Shown here one piece after another: positions 1 to 16,327 of a stretch of DNA of 64,000 nt (the stretch's first letter is position 1; each line of letters opens with the position of its first letter). The notes beneath the pieces were generated by a model, which saw only the letters and a program-made list of their open reading frames with translations, was not told the DNA's origin and made no database searches. The DNA comes from the human T2T-CHM13v2.0 reference genome, Homo sapiens. Location of the stretch: NCBI RefSeq assembly GCF_009914755.1, contig NC_060928.1; one strand, given 5' to 3'. Both the position numbers and the translations under genes were made by a program.

Positions 1-413
1 ATAATCTGTTAAATTCTACAATCCATGTCCCACAGTTGGATTTCTGAGGAGCATGGAAAGACGTAGAGTTACAGTGTATCACTAAACTTGTAAACACGCA
101 AAGTAAGATCTTGAGGCTGGAGTGTTAAGATAGGCAAGCTCTAAGTTACTCAACCCTCTCCGAAAGTCACGATCAGAGGTGAAGAGCCACAAGAATAGCG
201 CTTGGAAATGCTGCAATTGGGAAGTCATCTACCAAACATCCTCAGGAGAGGGGTCGCCTTCAGCAGAAGCACAGCAACAAAACAGAGCACGAAATGTGGA
301 GTCAGAGAAGAGCTCACATCTTGGCTCTCCCTCACTCTGTGGAATGTTAAACAGCCTTTCCCAGCCTGTTTCCTCACCTGAAAATTGTAATATTAGACCT
401 GTCTCAGGAGGGC

Positions 414-1111
<698 letters not shown>

Positions 1112-2697
1112 GGGCATTAGGAATCTCCAGTGCAATCAGATACGATAGATACTCAGCACAGCACAGTCCCTCAAGGAATGCTAGTTCCCATTCCACTCTC
1201 CCCAACCCCATTTTACAGATGCATAAAGAGAAACAGATCCACAAGATGAATTGCCTAAACAGGATACAGTAAGTGAGAAAAAGAGAAAGTCACCTTCCAA
1301 AATTCAGAGGCCCTTGCCCAGTCTACTGGTCCATACTGCCCCCCACAAGAAATGGCAGCACAGTGGGCATAGAGAATCGCTTCAAACAAAAGGCTAGATG
1401 ACATTCCTGGCTTCTGGCCATGGGAAGATTCATATCTCAATGTAACTTCAATGTTCCTAAGCCACCGACAAGGGGTCAGTGGCAGATCATTGCGTACAAG
1501 CAAACAGCTTTTTCAAAATCCTTTCCCTGAAATGCTATCCAAACAATCAAACAAGAGCTAACCCGTTTCCCCCCTCAAACACAGGTAAAACGACTTGATA
1601 ATTCTATGATGACAACAAGCCCAGTTATCAAGCACCACCCTCATCTAACATGATCATAAAAACCTTTCTCAGTCAGATTTATGGATTGTCATGCGAGCCC
1701 CTGAAGAGCTCCTTGCCAGAGGGAAAACCAGGACACCAGAAGGCCAGGTCACATGAGCATAGAGCCCAAAGTTCAGAGCATATAACTGCCCACACCCCTG
1801 GTCTGTGTGCTCACCAGATTAAACCAGCTACAAGATGTCTAAAAGTTAGAACAACAAACACACTGCCAGGTTTGCAGTTAACCTGTAGTCCGACAGGGCC
1901 ACCTGGTCATGCATCCCCCCTTTTAATTCCCCCTGAAGGTCAGAGAACTCACCCACAACCTGAGAGCATATCCACCCACAGCCTGTTCCAAGTCAGTTTC
2001 TCTAGTTAAGTCAGGTCTCTCTCAACCTCCAATTCTTGGCAGTTTTAAGAGCCAGAACCAAAGGGACAATTGGACACAGTCCAATTGCAGTGAAATTAGA
2101 AGCTGCCTTAGATACACCAGGGTATACAGAACAAGCACTTGTTTACTCAACATATAAGTTAAGGTCAACAAGGGAAGGTATGCTTCCTGTTCACAAATCC
2201 TTGAGGGCTGTTTGTTTTGGGGCCTCTGGCTGTTCCTGGTGAAACCCCAGAATTAAGTGCCTGGGAGCAACCAGCCTGATCACATGAAATGCACTTTCTT
2301 TTGCAAATCACTGAAGTCTTAGCAAGCCTAACAGGATTTAGTCCCTGCTTGTTCTTGTTAAGCAAGAGAGGAGAACTGTCTGTCTCTCCTTCTCTTCTCA
2401 CAATGGCAAAGGCCTTTGGTGATTAAAATGGTCAGCTCTCCCTGTAGCCTACAGACTCAGTTCAACTAAAAACATCAGCAGAAATCCATGGGAATGTAAA
2501 GATCCTAGTGTGTGCATATGAATACATTTCACCCTGTCTGAAAACACACAGAGACTGTCTATTAAACTAGAGTATTGATTTTGAGACTTGCTCCTTTAAC
2601 CTACAAGACACTCTGCGGCCTCTCCCAGCATGTCCTTTAACTTCTTATGTTTTGGGCGAGATAGTGTGATCCACCAAGGGAAGCTTGTTTCCATTAG

Positions 2698-3084
<387 letters not shown>

Positions 3085-4405
3085 AGAAACTTCTAATGAC
3101 ACATTTCCAGACAATTTTTGCTGAATAGCTGTTTCTTTAAAAATCAACTGACTTAAAATCACTGTAAATGTAAAATACTCAGAATGTTTGAGTAAAAAAC
3201 ATTTTTTACAGACAATACGTGAAGAGAAAAACAGAGTTTTGCTATTAATTGATGCCATATCATCCAAATGATCCCATGTAGTGAGAAATCCGCAGAATCT
3301 CAACATGAAGATCATTATCCCCGGACTTATTTCCCATCCTCCTGGCTCTGAGGACACCCAAGGATTCTTGACTGTGCATGTTAGCATCCTGTGCGTGCCC
3401 TTGTATGAGGGTACACTTACTTCCTTCGCACATATTAATAAGCATTTGAGCACAAGCATCAGGCAGACTGCACACTCAGTGACTCACAAGGGAAGTGCTC
3501 ATTTGTGAGCTTAAATGCTGGAACTGAGTGCACCAAAAAGGAGGTCTGTAAAGCTCTAGTCCATTACGGCTCAATTATCCACGGGATTAAACCTAAAAGG
3601 CAACATCTCTGAAAGAAGTTCGTCTGAAAACCCAACTGAAAGCCTTTCCAAAAAACAAACAAACAAATGAAAACAGGTTTGCTCCTTCCCTGTGACAAAT
3701 GGAAAAGTGCTGGGGTCTCTCCAGGTACCATGCCCACCATCAGCCCTACCATTCCAGAGGTCATGGGGAGAGAGGGTTGCTCGGTCGAGAGCCAAAACCC
3801 GCCTTTGATGTCTGCTTGCCATCTATCTGTGTGAAACGCTAGGCCACAAGGGCATGGGTGGGTAAGAGAATGCATTTGGCCTCAGCACCACAGCCAAGGG
3901 TAAACACAAGGTGGGGTGGAGGGCCAGGACTGGAAATAAATCCATCTTCGAATGCAAAAAACACAGGCAGAGATAAAGGTGGGGACAGATAAAGATAAAC
4001 TTGAGTTATATTCAGGAAAGCATTCGTCTTGGGTCACCTATCTGATCACAGGCTCTGTAATCACATTGCTTTAAGACAGGAACAAGGAATTTCTTTTGTT
4101 CACAACAATGCCAAGGATCTGTGATTTTGTGACCGGGTCATTGGACAATGCTACATTGAAAACTTTCTGAAAATAGCACTCTCTTCAAAGGTACCTGTCG
4201 CCAGAAGAGGATGATGATAATACACTCTGCCCTCAACTTAGACACCATTCTTGGCTCTAGAAATTCCTAAAAGGAATGCCAGGACTTGCGTGCAAGGAAA
4301 GCTGAATTATATGACAGTGGCCTAAAAATAGAATTCTGCTGACAAAAGGGAGACAAAGAAAGGTGAATCTCTTTCTTTGTGCTCACATAACTGAGAGAAA
4401 CGTGA

Positions 4406-4507
4406 CTCAGGAGGATTTGTTCAAACCCCTAGTTCCTCATGAACATGCTTATCCTCAGAAGATTCATTCAAACCCCCAGCTCCTGATGAATGTGCTTATC
4501 CTCAGAA
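4406..4507. repeat. Diverged tandem duplication, ~47-48 bp unit x2
   Basis: ctcaggaggatttgttcaaacccctagttcctcatgaacatgcttatc / ctcagaagattcattcaaacccccagctcctgatgaatgtgcttatc / ctcagaa. Confidence 0.9.
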
Positions 4508-5844
4508 ACAATCGAGAGACACTTGCCCTTTCAGACTAGAAGGAGACATTTCCCCCATCCCAATCAGCTCCTCCCCAAAAGAGAACAAAGATGGAGACAG
4601 TCCCATCCAAAAATGAGGATGCCAAGAGTGCTCTTGGCAATGCAGACATATCTGTTTTCCATTCTCTAAACCGTCTCAAATAATTCTCCAGATAACAAAG
4701 GGACTAACAGAAGTTAGGAAACTCTAGGGAGTGCTAATCACCAAACACAGGCTTCGAACAGCCATTAGTGCACTGGAAGATGCTGAGTCAGGATCCCTAG
4801 AGCTATGAGTTAGGGAGAGAAGTAGGGAGGAAACAAAAGCAGAAAAAAATCCCTTGCTCCAGAGGAACTTCAATATAACTAAGACAAAATGATGCCTTCT
4901 ATGGCTCATGAGATGGCAGGTGCATTGAAGAGTCACAGAGAACAAGGCCTTGGCCAAGCGGCCTCAGGTTTCACATGACCAGTCCCCTGCCTACGCAGAG
5001 TTTGCCCACCCCTTAGGGAACTCACTGCTAGTAGCATCTACACAGTGGACACAGGTGGAGGTTGTGAAGTGTCTTCACCATCATCAGCGTTGACTCTATG
5101 CTTAAAATTTGCTGGGCTTATAGAGTATAATACCAGATCTGGGGTTTATTAACCAGCTCTGCCAAGGTATGCACATCTCAGACTAATGAGTAGGGACTAC
5201 AAACAAAGTGGCTAGAGGTGGAGAACATGCCATTCAAGGAATTGCTTATCAAGCAAAAGCAGGAAGGCCCTAGGGAAAATGGTGCATGCTTCCCCCCTTC
5301 CAATGCCACAGCTATCTCACTACAAGCTGTCATCTCGAAATGACCATCGAGGCATCGAAAATTCAAAGAGAGGAGCTGGTGAAGGAATGTTGCTTGTTTT
5401 TATAGCATATCTTGCTTGCTTGGAGGCAAAATCTGTTGCTGCATTTGGACTCTGGAGAGAGCAAGCTGCATCTCTCCCTTCAGGATCTAAAGATGTGACC
5501 GTCTGAAGCAAAGAAAGAAACACTCAGTTTCCTTCCATGAAAATAAAAATCTCTGCAGGTTGATAGGTTCTAAGAACAACTACCAGGAAAAGGAGCCACG
5601 TTTCTAATCAGGGCACAAAGTCAGCTACCAAATAGTGACTCAAAAACCGTGGCATCCAGCTAAAAATGATCACCCATAAAACTAATTTATGAACCTTTCG
5701 TGAGGCACTCAAAGAACTATTTAGCTTTCATAATATTATTCTAAGAGAGTCAGCATGTAGTGCCACATACATGGAACAAATTAAATCACCATGGCCCACA
5801 CAGTCCAAGCACCTCACATCATAGTGTTGAGGCATAATTCCTTC

Positions 5845-6538
<694 letters not shown>

Positions 6539-6899
6539 TTAGAATTATAGGTGTAGGGAAAGCAAAAGAGATTAAAACCTCTCTTTTAGGCCCTGAGCCT
6601 GGCGCATAGCTGAGGCTGGATGCTCAAAAACCAGTAAGGAAGCCACTGTGATTATTATAAAATAATAGTGTGCTTAGTAACAGAAACAGAGGAGCAAAAT
6701 ATGTTATTATTATGTGGGGAACAAAGCAAGTAAGGACATTATCAGCATGCAGTGAAACTATACCAATTGAAAAACATGCATACATGTATCTTTCAAAAAT
6801 AGAATACATACCAAAAATGTTAACAGCAGTTATTTGGGGTAAAGGAGAATTATGAAGATTAGGAGTGATGTTTACTCTCTTGTTTTTCATTTCTTTAAT

Positions 6900-7230
6900 T
6901 GTTCATTCAGTAAACATTTATGGAGAGTCTGCTGTGCCCCAGGCACTGGGGATGTCATGGTGTAGGGACAGACAGCCTCTCCCTCCTAACCTGACCTTCC
7001 AATAGGGGAGGGGGCAATATAAACTTCAAGAAATAGGTGAACACCACTGCACGCTGTAACATGTGCTGTGAGGAATCAAGCAATAGCTGAAATCGAGAAG
7101 AGCCAGTTTAGGAGACAATGGTAAGGGAAGGTCTCCCTGAGGAGATGACTTGGGGTGAACCCAAAAGGATCAAAAAGAGAAGAGCTGATCAAGCAAGAAT
7201 AGCAAGAAGAGCTTCTGAATTGGAAAAGTA
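6900..7230 (-). mobile_element. L2 remnant
   Basis: ttcattcagtaaacatttatggag..ctgtgccccaggcactggggat, the antisense L2 tail. Confidence 0.7.
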
Positions 7231-7281
7231 TACGACGATATGAATATAAATAGCTTTTGTAACAAAAAATAGCCCACATAT

Positions 7282-7343
7282 TAGACAGATAGATGGATGG
7301 ATAGAAAGATGATAGATAGATAGATGATAGATGATAGATAGAC
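7282..7343. repeat. Imperfect (GATA)n microsatellite
   Basis: tagacagatagatggatggatagaaagatgatagatagatagatgatagatgatagatagac. Confidence 0.9.
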
Positions 7344-8768
7344 AAATGTGTAGTCTTAATTACATGACTGTGCTAACTATTTTGATCACTTTTTTATTAA
7401 ATAAGCATTTATCGGACATATATGCAAAAAACTGAGCTAGGAATAAAGTTATAAATAACACAGACATGGCCCCTGTTGTCAGGAAGGCTTAAGTCAAATC
7501 AGAGGCAAAACCAGGATCTCAGAACCGCCACTTGGCATTACAGCAAATTGGGGACAAGCCAGTGACGAATTTCAGGAACCTGGCAGTCTTACTCCAAGTT
7601 TGCTTCAAGCTTGAAGCAAAAATAGCAGCAAAACTGGTTTTCTTTAGCATGCTTTTGACTGAACAACAAGTACATGTGCTTTTCACTTATTCACTCATTC
7701 ATTCAACCAGCCCCTACTGGCCACATGCTCTGCATTGCCACAGTGCTAAGAGGTAAAGGGATGACGAAGGAAGAATGATTTCCCTGTAGGAGCTTATGGC
7801 CTATTTGCCAGGATATGCAGGTAAACAATTACAATATAGAGAGCATCCCAAAAAAGTGTCTTCACGGTTTAGTCCTGTGATGATTAACATGTATTTTAGC
7901 AAATAGAATGGACAGATGGTAACTGTTTTGATTACCTTAAAATTATAAATGTCCAAGATGCCTGCCACTAGTGCCAATGTGTAGGATTTACAATGTAAAC
8001 TTCAGAAAGGTATATATTCTTATTAGGACATTCAGTGACCTAAGGAAAACTCTGATGGAGATATACATAGGTCTGAGATTAAAAATTAGGGAAATGCCTG
8101 CTTGATGGCTTTAAGGACAGCTTCCCAGGAGAAGCGATGCTGGAGCTGAGTTTTGAAACCAAGTGGGAGTTATCCAGTGGCTTGGGATATTCACATTCAG
8201 ATGTGCAACCTGAGATTTACAGCCAGGACCCTTTGCTGTACCATGTCCAGGGATGACACTGATCCCTGCTTCTTGCTCCAGAAAGCTGCATGGAAAGGAA
8301 ACCTGAGCTTGAGACCAGCGCAGAGAGGGAGCCACCGAGAAAGGACTCACTTCTCTCCTTCTCGCCCCACTAGCCTTGCCCTTCTCCCTCCACTTTCCCC
8401 TTTTCTATCTGTCCTCCTTTGCACCTTCATTGTCACCTCATCTGGAGGTTAGAACTCAGTGAGCATCCCTAGAAAATAGATAGTCTGTTCAAATAAATGT
8501 TAGCCCTCCTCAGAGGCTAACATTTGGCAAAATCACCGAGGTGGTATTTTGGTATTTTGTATCTCAGCCAGGGACATGTGTGTTTTCACTTTGCAAGCTC
8601 TGTGCAGGCAATAAACATTTCAGGTTTTTTTTTTTTTAACTTTTAGTAAAAGTACTAACTTTTTTAGTCTGGATCTTGGGGGCCAGCAATAATTTATATC
8701 TTGCATGACTCCATACCCTTCTGCAGTTTCAAGCACATCTGTTTTATATAAAAACTAGTGTTGAATGA

Positions 8769-8792
8769 GTGTGTGTGTGTGTGTGTGTGTGT
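8769..8792. repeat. (GT)n microsatellite
   Basis: Read directly, about 12 units. Confidence 0.95.
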
Positions 8793-8814
8793 ACATACAT
8801 ATGCATATATATGC

Positions 8815-8990
8815 ATGCCAGGCACAGGGTAAGCACTTTACATGTATTTACATATTTCATCCTCATAACCGTCCTATAAGCTCCACTTTATAGAGGAATG
8901 AAGAGATGAACCACTTTGCCCAAAACACTCAGCTAATACCAGCAGCCATGCCCAGCCAGGCTGGCTTCAAACCCACCCTGCACTTGTAAC
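8815..8990 (-). mobile_element. MIR
   Basis: tgccaggcac..taagcactttacatgtatt..tcatcctcataacc..cactttatagagga. Confidence 0.7.
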
Positions 8991-10469
8991 CCTCATAGCA
9001 TGGTGCCTTGAGCTACCCCTTTGTGGTAGATAGTGCCATATGACCATTGCTGCCAACAGATAATAGTTGATAACGCCATTTGACCATCTCTGCTTACAGC
9101 ACAATAGTTCAAATCTCAGTGTCTTGCCAACGTCACCTCATCAAACCCTTAACCTGCTTCCTTGACTCTATTGCTGAGTTGTTTCTTTTTGTTTTCTGTA
9201 AAACTCTGATGCCCTGAAAGGCTTTGTGACCAGAATGGCAGATGCTGCCTTGGGAAATGCAAGGATTGTCCTTCCCAGCTTGGGTAATCCCATTTGTAGG
9301 AGAGGCAATGTTTAAAAATCACCTCATTCTTCTAGGTTGGACAGAAAAACAAAATAATACCACGTTCGACTTAGGTTTATAAACACTCAGTATGAGACAG
9401 CTAGAGACAGCAGGATAATTCCAGACGCATAACAAACGAATAGCAAATTTAATAGTGTGGGCCTTGTTTATACTTCTGCCATCAACTTTAATGATGAGCC
9501 TATTTATACTAAACTTCACTATATTATCGAAGTCATTAGTGCCTGTAAGTGGGTGATAATGTGCTTGAAACTTCCACAAGGACGTGTGGCTTTCTCTGAG
9601 TCTTACATTTCAATGTTGGGAGAGGCAGGTCCCAGGAGTATTTTCATACATAGGCCTAGAACAACTATTGGGTATTATAACCCAGAGAGCAGCTTCAAGG
9701 CCAAATGAGTTTGAGAATGCATGTTAAAAAGAGTTAAGCAGGTTTGTTTTACTTCAAAATCTGTAACAAAGTAGAAAACATGAATGTGTCTTCTGAACCT
9801 CCAAGATGAGATACATTGTGTCAGGTTTTCCAAAAGTATGGACCAAAGAAACTTTTGAGAAGGTGACAAAGAGTCACTCTTCTATTAGTCCATTAAAACA
9901 AGAGTTTAATGGCTGTTGAATTGGAGAGCTGTAGAAAAACCAGTGTTTAATGCAAAACCAAAGTACAGACAGAACACATATGAGTTCATTACTTAGCATT
10001 AATCATGTGCATGCCTAGCTAGCAGCACTGGCATGCACATTTGTGCAAATGTGAAGTCTTCATTTTGAAGGACTCGGTAAAGTGAGAATCAAAGCTTCAA
10101 CAAAGAACCTCAAAACTCTGGATGAGTGTCCCTGCTCTATCAATGTGAACCAGAAATCTCATGTAACCTCAAGTATCCCTACACTTGGGACCAGGGGCAC
10201 CTCGGTCTGCTGACTAGGGAGGCACAACGTCATTAGATCCTAATAGGAGGCATATATTAAAGATCCAATCTGCATCAGCGTTTTTTCCCAAAGATGAGCT
10301 GTTATTAGCAGACAAGCTGCATGCTGCCTATATGAGGCCTGAAAGATAAAATCAATATGATGGCCAACACCAGACCTTAACAGCAGGTCAGAAGAGAGTT
10401 GGTTGGAATGGGGCACTAGGAGGATTCTCATGCAACAAACATTAGCACCTTCTGACAGTGTCCTCTCAT

Positions 10470-10713
10470 TGGAGAAGTCTTCCCTGACCACCTTATTTGA
10501 GGAAGCACCCCTAGTGGCTCTCCAGCCCACTTCCTTGTTATTCTTTTCCACATCACTTATTATCTAATATGGTATTATTATTTGTATTGCCTGTCTCCCC
10601 TCTGTAGAATGTAAGTTTCATGAGGTCAGGAATATAACTGTCACATTCATCACTATAGCCCCCATGCCTGGAACAGTGCTTGCCACCAAGTAACAACCCC
10701 ATAAAGACTTGCT
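10470..10713 (+). mobile_element. L2a 3' fragment
   Basis: ttccctgaccaccttattt..gtctcccc..agaatgtaagtttcatgagg..cctggaacagtgc. Confidence 0.8.
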
Positions 10714-11149
10714 CAGTCTTTAAGGGATGTTCTGCTTTTAGGGAACTCTGATTCAGGTGAACAGGTATCTAGTTTTAGGAGTGACAGTCTTGGGTTTTCA
10801 TTGACACCAACTGTCGCTCCTCCTCACATTTACACTGGCCTTATTCTAACCCAGGGCAAGAGAGGTAAAGAAATCAGGAAGGCCAGAGTAAACTGGGCAG
10901 AGGTCTGGTGCAGAGGCAAATTGTCACATAGGCCCTTGGACTCATGCTCGAACCGGAAGGTCGGGTTGATCAACAAGGGCTCAGTGAGACCGGGGATCCA
11001 TGAGCTAGGGGTTGTTTCCCAGCTTCCTGAATCAGAGGAGACAATGCCAAGCTTAGCATCAGCCCTCTGGTTACAGGCTACATTTCAAAGCCTTTAAGCG
11101 CTTGAGAGGACTCCTCTCTATATCCTTTCCCACTCGGCTGTACCGGGCA

Positions 11150-11911
<762 letters not shown>

Positions 11912-14359
11912 CCTGCTTTGGATCTAAGATGCACTAGCATTCAGATCCATGAAATCTTGTCCCTGTATCTTTGGCTCCTAAGGGCTATCCACACAAATTC
12001 TGTTTTCCACCCTTCCTTCATGGTCCTGCTCTAATCCTGCCTGTTCTTCAACATCTTCTTTGAGTCCCAGTAGAATGATCACTCCCTCTTATGAACTCAG
12101 TCATGATCTCTACCTCCATGTAACACCTACTGAAATTCCCTCCCACCTTCCCACCTTTCCCTATTTGTGGAGCAACTACTATGTGATCTGTCAGATTCTG
12201 GATATTATAAGATGTAAGCAACATAGCCTCTGACCTCAAGGAGCTCCTAGCAAGATGAAAAGAAACTAGCACATCAACATGAGCCATAGAACAAAATGTT
12301 ATGAACTAAACAGAACAACTAATGGGCTGAGAATCCTGAGATCTCCTGGGTAGGTTCAGGGTCAGAACTGGTGCCTACGTGTCTGTGATGAATCCTCAGT
12401 TCAAACATGCTAAGTCAGGTGAACTGATTACTTGCTCACACATAAGAAATGTACTTAGAAAGGTTTCTATTATGTAGACATGGACATGATACATGTTTGT
12501 CAAGGCAGATGAAAAATACGTCTTCTCCATAAGTAAGGACATTCACAAACAGTAGCTGAGACAACTCATTACTGACATAAGACTAAATGCCTCTCTAAAT
12601 GCAATGTAAACACATGTGTTTGATTTATCTGTCAAAACTCCAACATGCTCACTAGCATCAAAGGCTGCATTCAAATCATACTGCATCCAAATGTTCATCT
12701 CTGGGTGGTCTTCTCTTTCACTATGCCCTTTAAAATTATTACTATACTTATTTGTAAGTTGGGGGGAAGGGACATGCTTAAATGAATGACAAAAATAACA
12801 TTGTCAAAATACAAAGAGAATCCTGAAAACTGTATGGCAATAAAGAATAAAATCAGTCTGATAAAGAATTTTCTATATGAGTACAGTTTCTATTAGCATT
12901 ATCTATCTTGCATGGTGAATCAAGAATAATGGAGATATGCCACCTGTATATATTGCCATAATTCATTATTTGCTCCTAAAGCCAATATTTCTCAAAGACA
13001 AAACCAAAGTAAGCAGTATTAATGAGTTGTTGGATTGGGAAATTTTAAAAAGATTTTAATAACTAGCATCTTCTATGACAATCTTCTAATTAAAAAAAAA
13101 AATAAGTTGGCAGTGAAAAGACACAACCTGTACCCACAAAATTAGGCTGAGGTTAAAGCAGAAAGGCCTGTTGGATTGCCGTTTTTATTACTAATTTACT
13201 TTGTTCATTTAGGGAATCAATTTGCTGCCATTAAAGGCTTGGGTTTCATATATTTTATAATTTACACACATTTCCTGATGTGAATGAGCTGTGCAGTTTG
13301 TAAGAGCTCAGACAAACTCTCTTCTAATGGTCCAATAGATGCAGATGTTCCTAAAATGGACTTGCAAATAGAATGGAAATGCCACTATGCCTGCCATTCT
13401 AAATAACTGGGAACAAATCCCGAGCAGCGTGGAAGCTTTGTTCAGCAGTTTTATGTTTTTAGTTCCTCCTGCATTAAGCTAGTTATGAAATAATAGAAAT
13501 TAAGAGGGGTCTTCCTGGCCTTAACTGTTTTCATCTAAATCTAAATCTAATTTTTCATTGATTTACAGCAAACCTTACGGGAGAAGTTGAAATTCATTGA
13601 TCTGGAATAGGATAAACAACTATCTTTCCAAAACCCTTCAGGAAGGTGGAGTGCCCCCAACTTTTAGGACAAAAGAGTTTTTACAGATCATAGTAAATCA
13701 ATAACTCGTAGACAGTATGACAGATACAGAATATCCTTACTTAAGATGAAAAACAAATTGTACATTGAGATCTTTAATCAATAAAAAGCTAACAAATCAG
13801 TAGTGCAAACAAGGTGAGAGAATCTTATTTCATCCTCAGTCACGAACTGAAGAGACACACCGGGCAGTGTTTTGTGGTTAAAAATTGCTCCTAGGCTGGT
13901 GTACTAGCGAACTATTGAGTAAGAAGGTCAGTAGAGACCAACTCACTGTGGGATTTGCAATGCAGAAAGGACAAGTAGGTGTAACATAAAAGGGCACTCT
14001 ATGTAAATGTCAATTAATGTATTATTCTTCAACAAACTTCTTTAACAAGTATTTTGGTGGCTTTGAAGCCTCTGTTCTTCTTGTGGGAGCAAGAATGAGA
14101 CCTCTTGCTTTAGCTTTTGATTAAACAACGTTCAGAAAAAAACTCATCAACATAGATTAAACCTTCACATTAAAACTAGAGGGCTTGACCCATCCCAATT
14201 AGCCCAACTCCTTTGAAATATTACAACCAAGAGGTCCTTTCTTTTCTTGTGCCAGTAAACTCTAAAATAATGTTGCTAGAGCATAACTCCTGAATTCCAA
14301 AAACCCCGCCTACTGCACACAGGAGACACACAATAGTAATAGCGATCTTTTCAGTGCCG

Positions 14360-14510
14360 TGGGCATTAGGACACATGTAAAATAATGTTCCTTTGGCAGA
14401 TGAGGACTCTGGTGCCAGGAAAGGTGCACTGACATACCCAAGGTTGTACAACAAAAAAAGCAAAGCTGGGACCACATCTAAGTCAGTCTGGTTCCAAAAT
14501 CCATTCTCTT
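14360..14510 (-). mobile_element. MIR
   Basis: cagatgaggactctggtgcc..cccaaggttgtac..agctgggacc..tctggttccaaaatcc. Confidence 0.7.
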
Positions 14511-14876
14511 GTGCATTATACCATGGCTGAGTACTGCCCCCAAGGACCTCCATAATTTGCCCATCCTAATATTCTGCTGCCTCCCTAGATACCCTCTCCT
14601 CTCTATTTCCACGCATCTCTTTCATGTCCCAAATATGCCTATGCTGTTCCAATTGCAGTTTCCCACGTGTGATTCCCCAGTTCTGGGATCTTCTCCATGT
14701 TTTAAAAGTCTACCATTCCCTGAAGTTTCTGCTATAATCCCACCTGTTGTGAAAACATCGTTGCCTCTAAATTCTTATTGCCTCTTGGTGCTGCCAGCCA
14801 GCACCTTTTGCATTTGTTGACATTGCTCCCCTTTCACAAATTATATGTCAACTAAGGACAAAAACTGGGTACCTAG

Positions 14877-15230
14877 TGTCTTAGTGTACACAGTCTTAGC
14901 AGGCTGGGTGGCCTAAACAACAGAAATTTATTTATCACAGTTCTGGAGGCTATGAAGTCCAAGAAAAGGGTGCTGGCAGATTTGGTTCCTGGTGAGGGCT
15001 CTCTTCCTGGCTTGCAGGTAGCTGCCTTCTTGATGTGTCATTGAACAGTGAAGAGAGAAAGGGCTCTGTTCTCTTCCTCTTCTTATAAGGGCATCTCGTC
15101 ATGAAGGCCCTTCTCTCACAAGTTCATCTAAACCTAATCACCTCCCAAAGGTCCACCTCCATTTACCATCACACCGGGGGTTAGGGCTTCAGCATATGAA
15201 TTTTGAAGGGAACACATTCAGTCTATAGTA
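14877..15230 (-). mobile_element. MLT1A-type MaLR solo LTR
   Basis: tgtcttagt..aaacaacagaaatttatt..cacagttctggaggct..ttagggcttcagcatatgaatttt..cattcagtctatagta. Perfect 5-bp TSD cctag at 14872-76 and 15231-35. Confidence 0.9.
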
Positions 15231-15249
15231 CCTAGCTATTACCAATTGA

Positions 15250-15490
15250 GAAAACATACTTTTGTGCCAAGCACTGTTCTAAGTTCTTTATATTGATTAA
15301 ACATATTAATTCATTTTTTTCACCACAACAATCTGTTCACAAAGATGAGTAGGTACTATTACTAACCCTATCCTACAGATGGGGACAAAAAGGCACAGAG
15401 AGTTAGTAACACAGCCCATCCATGACGGAAGGAGTGAGTGAACACAGACCTTATGGTTCCAGAGGTCACAATCTCAACTTAACACTATGG
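15250..15490 (-). mobile_element. MIR
   Basis: tgtgccaagcactgttctaag..aggtactattact..cctacagatgggga..aggcacagagagtt. Confidence 0.75.
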
Positions 15491-16327
15491 CATCCCAAAT
15501 AGGTCTATGCCTCTAAAACAGCACCCAGCTAAGTACCTCATACTTAGGCAGAAACAAATAAATAATTGAATAGTAGTTGAAATAATCAAACTCAATAAAA
15601 CTCAGAGCTTGTGGTCTTAGGAAGCATCTGGTTCACTTGGTTTAACAATAATGCACAGGAAGGGGAAATGCATTGCCTGGTGGCAGAGAGATGCTTTGTG
15701 GAGCAAACTAAAGAAGGAAAGAGTTGTTTCTCAACTGAGGGAATTGCTGGATACAAATTCCCCCATGGGATCTGGACATGACATTCTGCACAAGCACATG
15801 CCCAAGATTTTTCTTTCTTCGATTTAAGCCACTTCCTCACAAAACATGAAGATAGCTAAAGAAAGAAGCTTTTCATTAACCACAAAGTTCCCGTAACTGT
15901 CTCACTTTTCTATCTGTACTTACAAATTTAAAAAGGAGGAGCTTTCAGGGCAAGCTATTTTCTTGCATGGCATTAAAATCAACAAAACTCTGAAAATCAG
16001 CCTTCTATTCATGCAAACATTTATGGAACACCTGATGTGTGACACATGGTGAATGATCATGGGACACCAAGATGTAAGCCAACATCCATGGAGAGAAAGT
16101 GTTCCTTTTTACACAATTCAAAGTATACCCCCATATAAAAAGTATAAATAAGCAGTTAATGGGAGAACACAGAGGAGGCAGAGATTGAGTTGAGCTTTTG
16201 AGGTTGAACACAATCAGGAGCTACATTTGGCCAATACTACAACATGAAATGTGACAGAGCCTTTGTAAAATATTTGAATAGTTTGCCGCTTATTATTAGT
16301 ATTATTTAGTCATAGCTATGAAGTAAC

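Noticed and set aside
6640-6895. Possible old L1 3' UTR fragment
   Set aside because: Resemblance too weak to call a family or boundaries by eye.
10480-10498. ttccctgaccaccttattt shared with ~34764
   Set aside because: Both lie in L2a copies; explained by the family consensus.
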